64,000 bases of DNA from Dehalococcoidia bacterium (lineage in GTDB: Bacteria > Chloroflexota > Dehalococcoidia > DSTF01 > JACRBR01), in assembly GCA_015478665.1 (NCBI GenBank), contig JADMII010000006.1:56862-120861 (forward strand). The letters are read 5' to 3'. The translations under genes were made by a program, and so were the position numbers. The notes under the pieces are model-generated. The model made no database searches. It was not told the origin of the DNA and saw only the letters and a list, made by a program, of their open reading frames with translations. Numbering within the stretch: the stretch's first letter is position 1; each line of letters begins with the position of its first letter. Below, piece by piece: positions 38,881 through 47,915 of this stretch.

Positions 38881-39345
38881 GTGGAACGCGAACCAACGAC
38901 CGGACGCGACAATCCGACAAACGGTGGGAGCTACGGCGGCGATGGCGCCACGGTGCGTGCGGATGAAGCCCGCGAACGTGCGGTGCTTGCCGGCGCGCAG
39001 GAGCAGATGCGCAGCGATGCTGCGCCGGCATCGACGCCGCGGCACGAGAGCGCGGGCGAGAGCGGGCAGCATTCGTTCCATGCGCGCGCCGAGCAGGGCA
39101 AGGAGAAGGCCGCGAGCAGCATCGAGCGAGCGTCCGAGCAGATCCGCAGCCAGGCCCAGCGCGGGCCGGCGAGCGCCGCAGGCGAGAAGGTCGCCGGCAC
39201 GCTCGACAAGACGGCGGAGTACCTCCACGAGCATGAGACCGGCGAGATGCTGGACGACTTCCGCGGCTACGTGAAGCGGCATCCGCTGCAGGCCGTGGCC
39301 GGCGCCGCCATCGGCGGCTTCCTCCTCGCCCGCTTCCTGCCGTAG
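38881..39345 (+). CDS. DUF883/ElaB-YqjD-like tail-anchored protein
   Basis: GTG follows AGGAGG. The body is hydrophilic, and the end reads 'MLDDFRGYVKRHPLQAVAGAAIGGFLLARFLP', typical of ElaB-like proteins. Confidence 0.6.
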   Translation: MEREPTTGRDNPTNGGSYGGDGATVRADEARERAVLAGAQEQMRSDAAPASTPRHESAGESGQHSFHARAEQGKEKAASSIERASEQIRSQAQRGPASAAGEKVAGTLDKTAEYLHEHETGEMLDDFRGYVKRHPLQAVAGAAIGGFLLARFLP

Positions 39346-39363
39346 CGCGTCGCGCCGAAACGG

Positions 39364-39391
39364 GAGACGACCGCCGGCCGGCGGTCGTCTC
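39364..39391. terminator. Perfect 28 bp palindrome between convergent genes (candidate bidirectional terminator)
   Basis: The palindrome GAGACGACCGCCGG/CCGGCGGTCGTCTC lies between the DUF883-like stop (39345) and the csrA stop (39415). Confidence 0.5.
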
Positions 39392-39414
39392 TGCGTCCGT
39401 GGCCCGATGCAACC

Positions 39415-39615
39415 TCAGATCTGGTGACGCGTACCCCGACGCTCGAACGGCTGGCCCGGGTCGTCGTCGCGCCACAGCTCCTGCCGGAGGACGGTGATCT
39501 CGCCCGGCGCGCTGATGCCGATCTTGACGCGGTCGCGCTCGACGCCGAGCACACGCACGAGGATATTCCCCGAGATCACGATCCCCTGATCCACTTTCCG
39601 CGTCAGAATCAGCAT
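39415..39615 (-). CDS. csrA: Carbon storage regulator CsrA
   Basis: The product is 'MLILTRKVDQGIVISGNILVRVLGVERDRVKIGISAPGEITVLRQEL'. The tracked ORF 39415..39822 runs into the tRNA and is an artefact. Confidence 0.85.
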   Translation of the reverse strand: MLILTRKVDQGIVISGNILVRVLGVERDRVKIGISAPGEITVLRQELWRDDDPGQPFERRGTRHQI

Positions 39616-39790
39616 CGCCGCTCTCCTCCGGCTGGCCGAGACATGCCTGTGATGACTGGCAGTACTCCATCCGCCACAGATGTATCGGCAGGCATCGAGC
39701 CCTTCTGCTGGAGTCGGAGATGCGGTCGCCAGACAGGGGGGCGGGCACCCATGCCGGAGGCGGAAGGATCGAGTCTGGAGACTGGAAGCG

Positions 39791-39862
39791 TGGGCCCGGC
39801 AGGGTTCGAACCTGCGCGCCACCGGTTATGAGCCGGGTGCTCTGCCGCTGAGCTACGGGCCC
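39791..39862 (-). tRNA. tRNA with CAT anticodon (elongator Met, or Ile2 if lysidinylated); CCA not encoded
   Basis: The manual fold gives acceptor GGGCCCG/CGGGCCC, anticodon loop CTCATAA and T arm GCAGG-TTCGAAC-CCTGC. The 1-72 pair is intact and the anticodon stem lacks GGG/CCC, so it is not an initiator. Confidence 0.85.
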
Positions 39863-40045
39863 GTCGCCTGATTCTAGCGGCTGCGGCCGCCCGGCTGAGG
39901 CTTCGGCGCCGCTACCTTGGCCGGCCGAGAGCGCGCCGGGTACGCGCCTCGGCGGCTGGCGAACGAATCAGCGGGACGTGATTCGCGCACCGCCTCCCCG
40001 GGCCACCGGCGCCCGGCAGCGTTTCGATAGGCGTGACGATTCGCG

Positions 40046-40582
40046 TTAACTCTTGCGCTTGTCGAAGTCGTCGAGGTCGAGGCTCTCGATGAAGTCCTTG
40101 AAGGCCGACATCCGCTCGAGCTCCGCCGGGTCAATCTTCGCCGTCTGCTCGATGCGCTCGACGGAATCGCCGTCCTTGTCCAGCATCACACCGGCCTTCG
40201 AGAGCACGCCCTCGTCGGCGAAGATCGGCACCTTCGCCCGCACCGCGAGCGCGATGGCGTCGCTGGGACGGGAGTCGATCTCCATCGAATCGCCGTTGAC
40301 GTCGAGGACGATGCGGGCGTAGAAGGTGTCGTTCGACAGGTCGTTGACGAGGATATGGTTGACGTGGGCGCCGAGCGTGTCGATGACGGAGCGCAGCAGG
40401 TCGTGGGTGAGCGGGCGGGGGACGGCGACGTCCTGGAGCTGGACGGCGATGGCATCGGCCTCGGCGGGGCCGATCCAGATCGGGAGGTAGCGGTCGGATG
40501 ACTTTTCCTTCAGAATCACCACCCGTTGGTAATTCATCAGGCTCACTCTGATGCTTTCGATCGTCATCTCAACCAAAGCCAC
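40046..40582 (-). CDS. Bifunctional nuclease domain (DUF151/BFN) protein
   Basis: Contains 'VVILKEKSSDRYLPIWIGPAEADAIA...PRPLTHDLL...ARIVLD....IDSRPSDAIALAVR'. Confidence 0.8.
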   Translation of the reverse strand: MALVEMTIESIRVSLMNYQRVVILKEKSSDRYLPIWIGPAEADAIAVQLQDVAVPRPLTHDLLRSVIDTLGAHVNHILVNDLSNDTFYARIVLDVNGDSMEIDSRPSDAIALAVRAKVPIFADEGVLSKAGVMLDKDGDSVERIEQTAKIDPAELERMSAFKDFIESLDLDDFDKRKS

Positions 40583-40658
40583 CGTACCTCCGCCAATACG
40601 AATTCAGTCTAGCGACGGCTCGCTCCGGGTGTCAACGAACGAGCGCCGCTGCCGTCCG

Positions 40659-42032
40659 TTAGAGCGTTGTGGCACCTGGCGGGGGCGGCGGCCGTCCCTC
40701 GCGTGACCACTTCGCTTCGAAGTAGACACTGGCGCCCGCTACGCTCGCCATACCAACGGCGATTGCGAAGAGCACCGGGCTGACACCGAAGATATCGGCA
40801 ACCGAACCGGCGACAATCAGGGGCAGGATGCCGACCGCGTTCGCCAGCACCACCTGCGCCGCGAACACCCGCCCACGCATCTCGATCGGCGCGCGCTCGT
40901 GGAGCACCGTCTGCGCCGGGGCGTTGACGAGCGCGTAGGTGAAGCCCAGCGGGCCGGCGAAGGCCATCGTCAGCACGACGAGGATCGACAGGCCGCCGGC
41001 GCGCGAGCCCTCGAACGGGTTCAGCGACTCGGTGTGCTTCAGGAGGATCGCCAGCGGCTCGATCAGCCCGAGCGCGATCAGGCAGAGGGCGAGGCCGGAG
41101 AGCCCGAGAATCACCGTGCGGTTCTTGCCCAGGCGCGCGACGATGAACGGCAGCGCCCGCAGGCCGATGATCGCGCCGACGCCCACGGGCGCGAAGATCG
41201 TCACCGCCTTGTCGGGCGCCACCTTCAGGATCGCCTGCATGTAGCGCGGCACGAGCACGGCGAAGAGCAGCACCAGCGCGCTGCCCGTCGCGTAGTGGAC
41301 GAGCGCAAGCGTCGCGATGGCGTCGTCGCGCAGCGTGCGCAGCGTGTGCACGTAGTCGCCGCCCGCCTCGCGGATCTCGCGCCAGGTCGGCAGCGTCCGT
41401 TCGCCGTGGGCAGCGTCCGCTTCGAGCGGCGGCAGCAGCCAGGCGCAGACGACTGACGCCGCGAACATCACCGCCGCCAGGACGAAGACGCCGACGGAGC
41501 CGACCGTCGGCAGCAGGATCGGGCCGAGGAAGATCATGCCCAGCAGCTGCGAGCCCGTGACCGCCAGGCTGAACATGCTGTTGGCGGCGATCAGGTCGCT
41601 GCGGTCGACGACGAACGGCACCGTCACGGCGTCTGTCGTGCCGAAGAACTGGCTCGCCGTGGAGAAGAAGATGCTGATCAGGATCAGGCCCGTGACGTTG
41701 TCCCGCGAGATCAGGAAGAGCACCGCGAGCAGGAGGCGGGCGGCGTTCGTGTAGACCAGCAGCAGGCGCTTGCTCCAGAGGTCGACGACGACGCCGGAGA
41801 AGACGCCGAAGAGCACCGACGGGATGACGAACGCCAGGACGAGGATCGACGTGTACGTCGACCTGTGCGTCAGCGACGTCACCAGCACGAGCAGCGTGAA
41901 GAGGATGGCGTTCTGCGCCGACTGCGAGATCAACTGCGCCAGCCAGAGCAGCAGGAAGTTGCGGTTGGCGAGCACGGGTCGGGGCTTCGCGGCCGGCAGC
42001 CGCCGCAGCGTCACCGGCGAACCGTCGGGCAT
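40659..42032 (-). CDS. MFS transporter
   Basis: 457 aa with about 12 TM segments. It is a paralogue of the gene immediately upstream. Confidence 0.8.
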   Translation of the reverse strand: MPDGSPVTLRRLPAAKPRPVLANRNFLLLWLAQLISQSAQNAILFTLLVLVTSLTHRSTYTSILVLAFVIPSVLFGVFSGVVVDLWSKRLLLVYTNAARLLLAVLFLISRDNVTGLILISIFFSTASQFFGTTDAVTVPFVVDRSDLIAANSMFSLAVTGSQLLGMIFLGPILLPTVGSVGVFVLAAVMFAASVVCAWLLPPLEADAAHGERTLPTWREIREAGGDYVHTLRTLRDDAIATLALVHYATGSALVLLFAVLVPRYMQAILKVAPDKAVTIFAPVGVGAIIGLRALPFIVARLGKNRTVILGLSGLALCLIALGLIEPLAILLKHTESLNPFEGSRAGGLSILVVLTMAFAGPLGFTYALVNAPAQTVLHERAPIEMRGRVFAAQVVLANAVGILPLIVAGSVADIFGVSPVLFAIAVGMASVAGASVYFEAKWSREGRPPPPPGATTL

Positions 42033-43361
42033 CTAGTACGCCACCCGCGCCGGCGAGGCGATGTTTCGCGCAGCATAGAAGAGCGCCAGCAGCGCGCAGG
42101 CGAAGCCGACGAAGAAGAAGACGACCGTCACGCTCAGCGCATCGGCGAGCAGGCCGGCGAGCAAGATCGGCGGGATCGAAGCGAGGTTGGTGAGCACCGT
42201 CTGCGCCGCGAAGACGCGCCCCTGCATCTCCCGCGGGATGCGCTCGTTGACGACGGACCGGCCGACGATGTTGAGGAACGTGTAGGCGAACGCCAGGCCG
42301 GCGGCGACGAAGCCCGTGATGACGATCCGCGCGCTGGTCTCGCCGAACGGCCCGGGATCGAAGAGGCCGAGCGGGTTCGCGCCGCTCAGCATCGCCCCCA
42401 GCGGCCGGATGAACGCGAGCAGCATGACGCCACCAACGAGCGCGGCGAACGAGAGGCCGATCGTCTTCGACGGCGCGTACCGGCCGGCGACGCGCCGCAC
42501 GAAGCGCAGCGCCAACCAGATGCCGGCCGCCGCCGGCGTCACGAGGAAGATCGCATTCTCCGAGTTCACGCCGAGGACGCTCGTGCTGTAGCGCGGCAGG
42601 AGCGTCACGACGACGAGCGACGTCGTGCTCGCAAGGACCACCATGACGACGGCGATGTACGAGACGGAATCGGCCGCGAGCCGCTCCCACGCCTCCGCGA
42701 ATCGCTCGCGCGCGTCGTCGATCGAGATCGGGATCTGACCGACGGCGCCGCCAAGTCCCGGGACGAGCAGGAACTCGAACGCGGCGATGAGAAACAGCGC
42801 CGCGCAGAGGACGGCCAGCGCCTCCGGACCGACGGTCTTGAGGAAAACCGCGGGCAGGATCATCAGGCCGCCGACCTGCGAGATGAGCCCGCCGAGGTTG
42901 TTGAGCGAGTTCGCCGCCGTCAGGTCGCGCGCATCGACGATCGCCGGCAGCGCAGACGATTCGGCCGGGCCGGAGAGCTGCGACGCCACGGCGAAGAGCA
43001 CGGCGATGATGTAGATCGTCAGCACATTGCCCGTCGAGATCGCAAGCAGCACGCACAGCGCGGCGCGGGCCAGGTTCGAGCCGGCGAGCACGACCCCCTT
43101 CGGCATGCGGTCGACGAGGACGCCGGAGACGGTGCCCAGGAGCGCCGTCGGCGCGATGTAGGCGGCCACGAAGAGGCTGCTGAAGAAGCTCTTCCCCGTC
43201 TCGTTCACGACGAGGATCAGCATCGTGTAGACGATCGCGTTCACGGGCGTCGCCGAGAGCAGGCGCGCGAGCCAGAGGCGCCGGTAGCCCTCGTTCTCGA
43301 ACAGCGCGCGCTCGCCGACGAGCGCCGAAAGCCGCATCATCGCCGTGCGCGTGTCGGCCAT
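42033..43361 (-). CDS. MFS transporter
   Basis: 442 aa with about 12 TM segments. Its stop abuts the next start, and its own start overlaps the DUF951 stop. Confidence 0.8.
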   Translation of the reverse strand: MADTRTAMMRLSALVGERALFENEGYRRLWLARLLSATPVNAIVYTMLILVVNETGKSFFSSLFVAAYIAPTALLGTVSGVLVDRMPKGVVLAGSNLARAALCVLLAISTGNVLTIYIIAVLFAVASQLSGPAESSALPAIVDARDLTAANSLNNLGGLISQVGGLMILPAVFLKTVGPEALAVLCAALFLIAAFEFLLVPGLGGAVGQIPISIDDARERFAEAWERLAADSVSYIAVVMVVLASTTSLVVVTLLPRYSTSVLGVNSENAIFLVTPAAAGIWLALRFVRRVAGRYAPSKTIGLSFAALVGGVMLLAFIRPLGAMLSGANPLGLFDPGPFGETSARIVITGFVAAGLAFAYTFLNIVGRSVVNERIPREMQGRVFAAQTVLTNLASIPPILLAGLLADALSVTVVFFFVGFACALLALFYAARNIASPARVAY

Positions 43362-43600
43362 CAGTCGCGCTCCAGGGCGATGCGCACCTGCTCCGGATCA
43401 GGCTCCGGACCTCGGCTGACGAAGTCCTTCAGCCGCCCTTCGACGACGCGCCGCGCCAGCAGCACGCGATGTCCGCAGGTCCGGCAGCGCAGGCCGATGT
43501 CCGCGCCCAGCCGCACCACCACCCACTCGAAGCCGCCGCACGGGTGCGGCTTCCGCAGGCGGACGACGTCGCCCATCCGAAAGTCGACGATCTCTCCCAT
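43361..43600 (-). CDS. DUF951 family small protein
   Basis: The product '[39 protein letters not shown]' matches the DUF951 pattern by eye. Confidence 0.7.
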   Translation of the reverse strand: MGEIVDFRMGDVVRLRKPHPCGGFEWVVVRLGADIGLRCRTCGHRVLLARRVVEGRLKDFVSRGPEPDPEQVRIALERD

Positions 43601-43603
43601 CGC

Positions 43604-44437
43604 TCAGCCGCTCGCCGACGTCGCGATCGCGCTGCGTTCTGCGTTGATCGCGTCGCGCAGGCGCAGCGCCTCGCGGCGGGCCGCACCCGCGAAGTCAGGG
43701 CCGTTCGATGCGTAGATGACGCCGCGCGAGGCGCTGATCAGCATGCCGCAGCCGCGCGCATCGACGCCGGCGCGCACGGATGCCGCGAGGTCGCCGTGCT
43801 GCGCGCCGATGCCGGGCACGAGGAACGGCATCGCCGGACACAGCTCCCGCAGGCGGCGCATCTCGCGCGGGTACGTGGCGCCGACGACGAGGCCGACGTT
43901 CCCGTGCCGGTCCCACTCCGCCGCCTGCCGCGCGACGGCCTCGTACAGAGGCCGCGCGGCTTCGGCCGAATCCCCGATCCTGAGGTCCTGGAGGTCGCCG
44001 GCGCCGGGGTTCGAAGTGCGGCAGACGACGACCGCTCCCTTCTCGGCGCGCGCGAGCCACGGCTCCAGGGCGTCCCTTCCGAGATAGGGGTTCACCGTCG
44101 CCGCGTCGAAGCCGAGGTCGTCGAAGATAGCGTGCGCGTAGGCGCGCGCCGTGTGTTCGACGTCGCCCCGCTTGGCATCGGCGAGCGTGATCAGGTGCGG
44201 CGGGATGGCCGCCATCGTCTTGCGCAGCGCCGCGTAGCCGCGCTCCGGGCCGAGCGCCTCGTAGAAGGCGAGGTTCGGTTTGTACGCGCAGACCAGGTCG
44301 CTCGTCGCCTCGATGATCGCGATGTTGAACGCGGCGACGTCGTCGACCGGCAGGCGCGCCGGATCGGGGTCGAGGCCGATGCAGAGGAGGCTCCCGCTGC
44401 GCTCCCAGGCGGCATCCAGCTTCTGGCGAAAGGTCAC
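43604..44437 (-). CDS. pyrF: Orotidine 5'-phosphate decarboxylase (type 2)
   Basis: GTG at 44437. Contains 'LCIGLDPD', 'AYKPNLAFYE', 'ADAKRGD' and 'CRTSNPGA'. The tracked ORF (to 44755) over-extends into murI. Confidence 0.85.
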   Translation of the reverse strand: MTFRQKLDAAWERSGSLLCIGLDPDPARLPVDDVAAFNIAIIEATSDLVCAYKPNLAFYEALGPERGYAALRKTMAAIPPHLITLADAKRGDVEHTARAYAHAIFDDLGFDAATVNPYLGRDALEPWLARAEKGAVVVCRTSNPGAGDLQDLRIGDSAEAARPLYEAVARQAAEWDRHGNVGLVVGATYPREMRRLRELCPAMPFLVPGIGAQHGDLAASVRAGVDARGCGMLISASRGVIYASNGPDFAGAARREALRLRDAINAERSAIATSASG

Positions 44438-45285
44438 GGTGCTGATCTCGCCCTTCCCTTCTCCTCCGTCACAGTCCACGGCTCGTCGGCCCCGGCCGGC
44501 ACGTCGGCGCCCGCCACCACCAGCCGCGCTCGCACGGCGGCGAACGACGTGGCGTCTCCACTCGTAAGGTACAGCACGCGGCCGCCGGACGAGCGCGACG
44601 CGTGCAGCCGCCGGGCGTCGAGCACGCGCACCACCTGTCGCGCCACCGCCGCGGACGGCTCGATGACGACGATGCCCTCGCCGGCCTCCTCCTCGATCAT
44701 CGGGCGCAGGAAGGCGTAGTGGGTGCAGCCGAGCGCCAGCACGTCGGCGCCGCAATCGCGCACCGCGGCGACGTACGACCGCACGAGCGCGCGCGTGCCG
44801 GCGGCGTCGAGCTCGCCGGCCTCGACGCGCTCGGCGAGATCGGGCGCCGGGATGGTGCGCACATCGACCTCCGAGCCGAAGCGGTCGATGAGGGCGGCGA
44901 GCTTCTGGCCGCGCGCCGTCTGCGGCGTCACCAGCAGCGCGACGCGGCCGGCCAGCGTCCGCTGCGCGGCGGGCTTGAGTGCCGGCTCGGTGCCGACGAA
45001 CGGCACGTCGAAGCGCTCGCGGAGGTCGGCGACGGCGGCGCTCGTGGCCGTGTTGCAGGCGACGACGATAAGCTTCGCGCCCCGCTCGACGAGCAGCCGC
45101 GTGATCGTCGTCGCGCGATCGAGGATCTCGGTGGGCGGGCGGGAGCCGTAGGGAAACCAGGCGGAATCGGCGATGTAGGTGATGTCTTCGCCGGGCAGCA
45201 GCCGATGCGTCTCGATCAGCGCCGCGAGGCCGCCGACGCCGGAGTCGAACATGCCGATCGGGGCGGATGCGTCGGACATAGGCAT
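44434..45285 (-). CDS. murI: Glutamate racemase
   Basis: Contains 'IGMFDSGVGGL', 'VVACNTATS' and 'LGCTHYAF'. It overlaps the pyrF start by 4 bp. Confidence 0.9.
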   Translation of the reverse strand: MPMSDASAPIGMFDSGVGGLAALIETHRLLPGEDITYIADSAWFPYGSRPPTEILDRATTITRLLVERGAKLIVVACNTATSAAVADLRERFDVPFVGTEPALKPAAQRTLAGRVALLVTPQTARGQKLAALIDRFGSEVDVRTIPAPDLAERVEAGELDAAGTRALVRSYVAAVRDCGADVLALGCTHYAFLRPMIEEEAGEGIVVIEPSAAVARQVVRVLDARRLHASRSSGGRVLYLTSGDATSFAAVRARLVVAGADVPAGADEPWTVTEEKGRARSAP

Positions 45286-45434
45286 GCTGATCGTACGGGG
45301 GCCGCGCCGGCGCGTCCAGCGGGAGAGGCCGGCGGCGCGGCGTTAAACCTTTTCAATCCACGGGCGTTTGATTCGAAGCTCTTCTCCTGACGCGCTATCT
45401 TGAAGGAGTTCCGCGACAACGAAGAAGGTGCATC

Positions 45435-45761
45435 ATGCCTGACTTGGGCGTACCTGAACTGCTGATCATCGCCGCCATCGTGCTGCTGCTCTTCGGCCCT
45501 GGGAAGGCTGCAGACATTGGCGGCTCGCTGGGCCGCAGCATCCGCGAGTTCCGCAAGGCGACGCAGGAAGACGAGCGGCCGAACGCGACGCCGCCTCCGA
45601 CGCCGCCGGCGGCCGCCGCCGACGTCATCGCACCCACGGCTGACGTGCCGGCAGCGACGGCGCGCCGCTGCTGCGACGCGTGCGGTGCGGGCATCGGCGA
45701 GGCGCAGCGATTCTGCACCACCTGCGGGGCGCCGGTGGCGGCCGCCGCTGGGGCGCCGTAA
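45435..45761 (+). CDS. tatA: TatA/E-type twin-arginine translocase subunit fused to a C-terminal CxxC...CxxC zinc ribbon
   Basis: The N-terminus is 'MPDLGVPELLIIAAIVLLLFGPGKAADIGGSLGRSIREFRKA', followed by a Pro/Ala linker and then 'CCDACGAGIGEAQRFCTTCGAPV'. Confidence 0.75.
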   Translation: MPDLGVPELLIIAAIVLLLFGPGKAADIGGSLGRSIREFRKATQEDERPNATPPPTPPAAAADVIAPTADVPAATARRCCDACGAGIGEAQRFCTTCGAPVAAAAGAP

Positions 45762-45858
45762 TCGCTCTTGGCCCGCCAGCCGCGCTGAGGGCAGCGGGGA
45801 GCGTCGTGCATCCGCACCGTGGTGCGTCTACAGGCGACGCCTCGGGCGCGGTCCGCGC

Positions 45859-46563
45859 CTATGGCGCCTTCGTCCACGTCGTCCCGCCGTCCGTCGTCGT
45901 CCAGGTGCCGGCGGCCGTCGTCACGGCGCCGTCCGTCGCCGACGAGAAGCTGATCGAACGGACGGGCACCGCCGGCGGCACGACGCCCGCGACTTCAGTC
46001 CAGTTGACGCCGCCATCCTGCGAGCGGTAGAAGTTCGCGCCGGGGCTGCTCAGCCCCAGCCACCCCTTGCTCGCGTCCTGGAAGAAGAGCGCCGTGACGC
46101 CGTTGCCGTTCGGCATCGCGCCGACGCCCGCCTGCGGCGTCGGCGCGCCGAGCGTCGTCTGGCTGATCAACGTCCACGTATCGCCGCCGTCCGTGCTTCG
46201 GAAGAGGTACTTCTCGCTGCTGCCGGCCGCCGCGCCGCCGTTGCAGATCTGCCACCTGGTCGACGGATTGAGCGAGAACGAGACGCCCGGCACGAGCGGC
46301 GCGCCCTCCAGTGAGGTCCGGCTCGCGCACGGCGCTGCTGTGACACCGGGCGTCCCCGTCGCCGCCGACGCCGGCGTGCCGGCGGCAGCCGCCGCCGTCG
46401 GACTGGCGACGCTGCTCGCTCCGGCCGTTGCAGTCGCCGGAGCGACGCTCGCCGCGGGCGTGGCCGTCGATCTGCCGCCGCCGCCACTGCCGCATGCCGC
46501 GAGGAGCGCGAGCGCGCCCACCAGCATCGTCATCCCACCGATCCGCGTCGCGCTGAAGGTCAT
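45859..46563 (-). CDS. Lipoprotein with BNR/Asp-box repeats (Ycf48-like beta-propeller fragment)
   Basis: It has the lipobox 'LALLAAC' and the Asp-boxes 'STDGGDTWT', 'SQDGGVNWT' and 'TTDGGTTWT'. Confidence 0.65.
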   Translation of the reverse strand: MTFSATRIGGMTMLVGALALLAACGSGGGGRSTATPAASVAPATATAGASSVASPTAAAAAGTPASAATGTPGVTAAPCASRTSLEGAPLVPGVSFSLNPSTRWQICNGGAAAGSSEKYLFRSTDGGDTWTLISQTTLGAPTPQAGVGAMPNGNGVTALFFQDASKGWLGLSSPGANFYRSQDGGVNWTEVAGVVPPAVPVRSISFSSATDGAVTTAAGTWTTTDGGTTWTKAP

Positions 46564-46677
46564 CCCGTCCTCCTGTAGACATGCCTCGCCGCATCGTAAG
46601 ACGGCGGCAACCGGCCGATTGTTCCGTCGCGACCCTGCGTCTGGGGTGCCCGGACGAGCACGCGCAGACGGGAGCTC

Positions 46678-47868
46678 TCAGCCCACCCCGAGCGCTTCGA
46701 TGACTGTGTTGATGTCCTTGTCGCCGCGGCCGGAGAGTCCGAGCAGCAGGATCGCCTCCTTCGGCAACGTCGGCGCGAACTTCGCGACGTAGGCGATCGC
46801 GTGCGACGGCTCCAGCGCCGGGATGATCCCTTCGCTCTCGCTCAGCAGGCGGAAGCCGTCGAGCGCCTCGCGGTCGGTGATCGCCACGTATTCGGCGCGC
46901 CCGGTGTCCTTGTAGAAGCTGTGCTCCGGCCCGACGCCGGGATAGTCGAGGCCGGCGGAGATGCTGTGGGCCTCTTGTACCTGCCCCCACTCGTCCTGCA
47001 GCAGATAGGACTTCGAGCCGTGGAGGACGCCCGGGCGTCCCTTCGAGAGCGTCGCCGCGTGGCGCTCCGTCGACAGCCCTTCGCCAGCGGCCTCGACGCC
47101 GATGAACCGCACCTCCTGATCCTCGACGAACGGATGGAAGAGGCCGATGGCGTTGCTGCCGCCGCCCACGCACGCCACGGCGTAGTCCGGAAGACGTCCC
47201 GCCGCTTCCAGGATCTGCTGGCGCGCCTCGCGGCCGATGACCGACTGGAAGTCGCGCACGAGCTCCGGGTAGGGATGCGGCCCCGCGGCACTGCCGATGA
47301 GGTAGTACGTATCGCGGACGTGCGTCACCCAGCCGCGGATCGCCTCGTTCATCGCGTCCTTCAGCGTGCGCGAGCCGCTCTCGACGACCTCGACCCTGGC
47401 GCCGAGCAGCTTCATGCGGAAGACGTTCAGCGACTGCCGGCGGACGTCCTCCGCGCCCATGAACACCGTGCACTCCATCCCGAGCATCGCGCAGACCGTC
47501 GCTGTGGCGACGCCGTGCTGGCCGGCGCCCGTCTCGGCGAAGATCTTCCGCTTGCCCATCCTGCGGGCGAGGAGGCCCTGGGCGATGGCGTTGTTGATCT
47601 TGTGCGCGCCCGTGTGCGCCAGGTCCTCGCGCTTGAGGTAGATCCGCGCGCCGCCGAGCCGCTCCGTCAGGCGCTCCGCGTAGGAGAGCGCCGTCGGCCG
47701 GCCGACGTACGTCCTCAGCAGGTCGTTGAGCTCGATCCGGAACGTCTCGTCGTCGCGCGCCTCGTGGTAGGCCGCGGTCAGCTCATTGAGCGCGACCATC
47801 AACGTCTCCGGGACGTAGCGGCCGCCATACGGCCCAAAATGCCCGAGCGCGTCGGGAAGTGTGGTCAT
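46678..47868 (-). CDS. trpB: Tryptophan synthase beta chain (TrpB1-type)
   Basis: Contains '[15 protein letters not shown]', '[14 protein letters not shown]' and 'GGGSNAIG'. The tracked ORF (to 48261) over-extends. Confidence 0.9.
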   Translation of the reverse strand: MTTLPDALGHFGPYGGRYVPETLMVALNELTAAYHEARDDETFRIELNDLLRTYVGRPTALSYAERLTERLGGARIYLKREDLAHTGAHKINNAIAQGLLARRMGKRKIFAETGAGQHGVATATVCAMLGMECTVFMGAEDVRRQSLNVFRMKLLGARVEVVESGSRTLKDAMNEAIRGWVTHVRDTYYLIGSAAGPHPYPELVRDFQSVIGREARQQILEAAGRLPDYAVACVGGGSNAIGLFHPFVEDQEVRFIGVEAAGEGLSTERHAATLSKGRPGVLHGSKSYLLQDEWGQVQEAHSISAGLDYPGVGPEHSFYKDTGRAEYVAITDREALDGFRLLSESEGIIPALEPSHAIAYVAKFAPTLPKEAILLLGLSGRGDKDINTVIEALGVG

Positions 47869-47915
47869 GGCGATGACAGTATCGTCTACGATGGCCGGGT
47901 AGGGCGAATCCGCGT

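Noticed and set aside
39415-39822. The tracked 135 aa ORF covering csrA and extending upstream.
   Set aside because: The extension runs through the tRNA(CAT) gene. The CsrA homology begins exactly at the internal MLILTRK start (39615).
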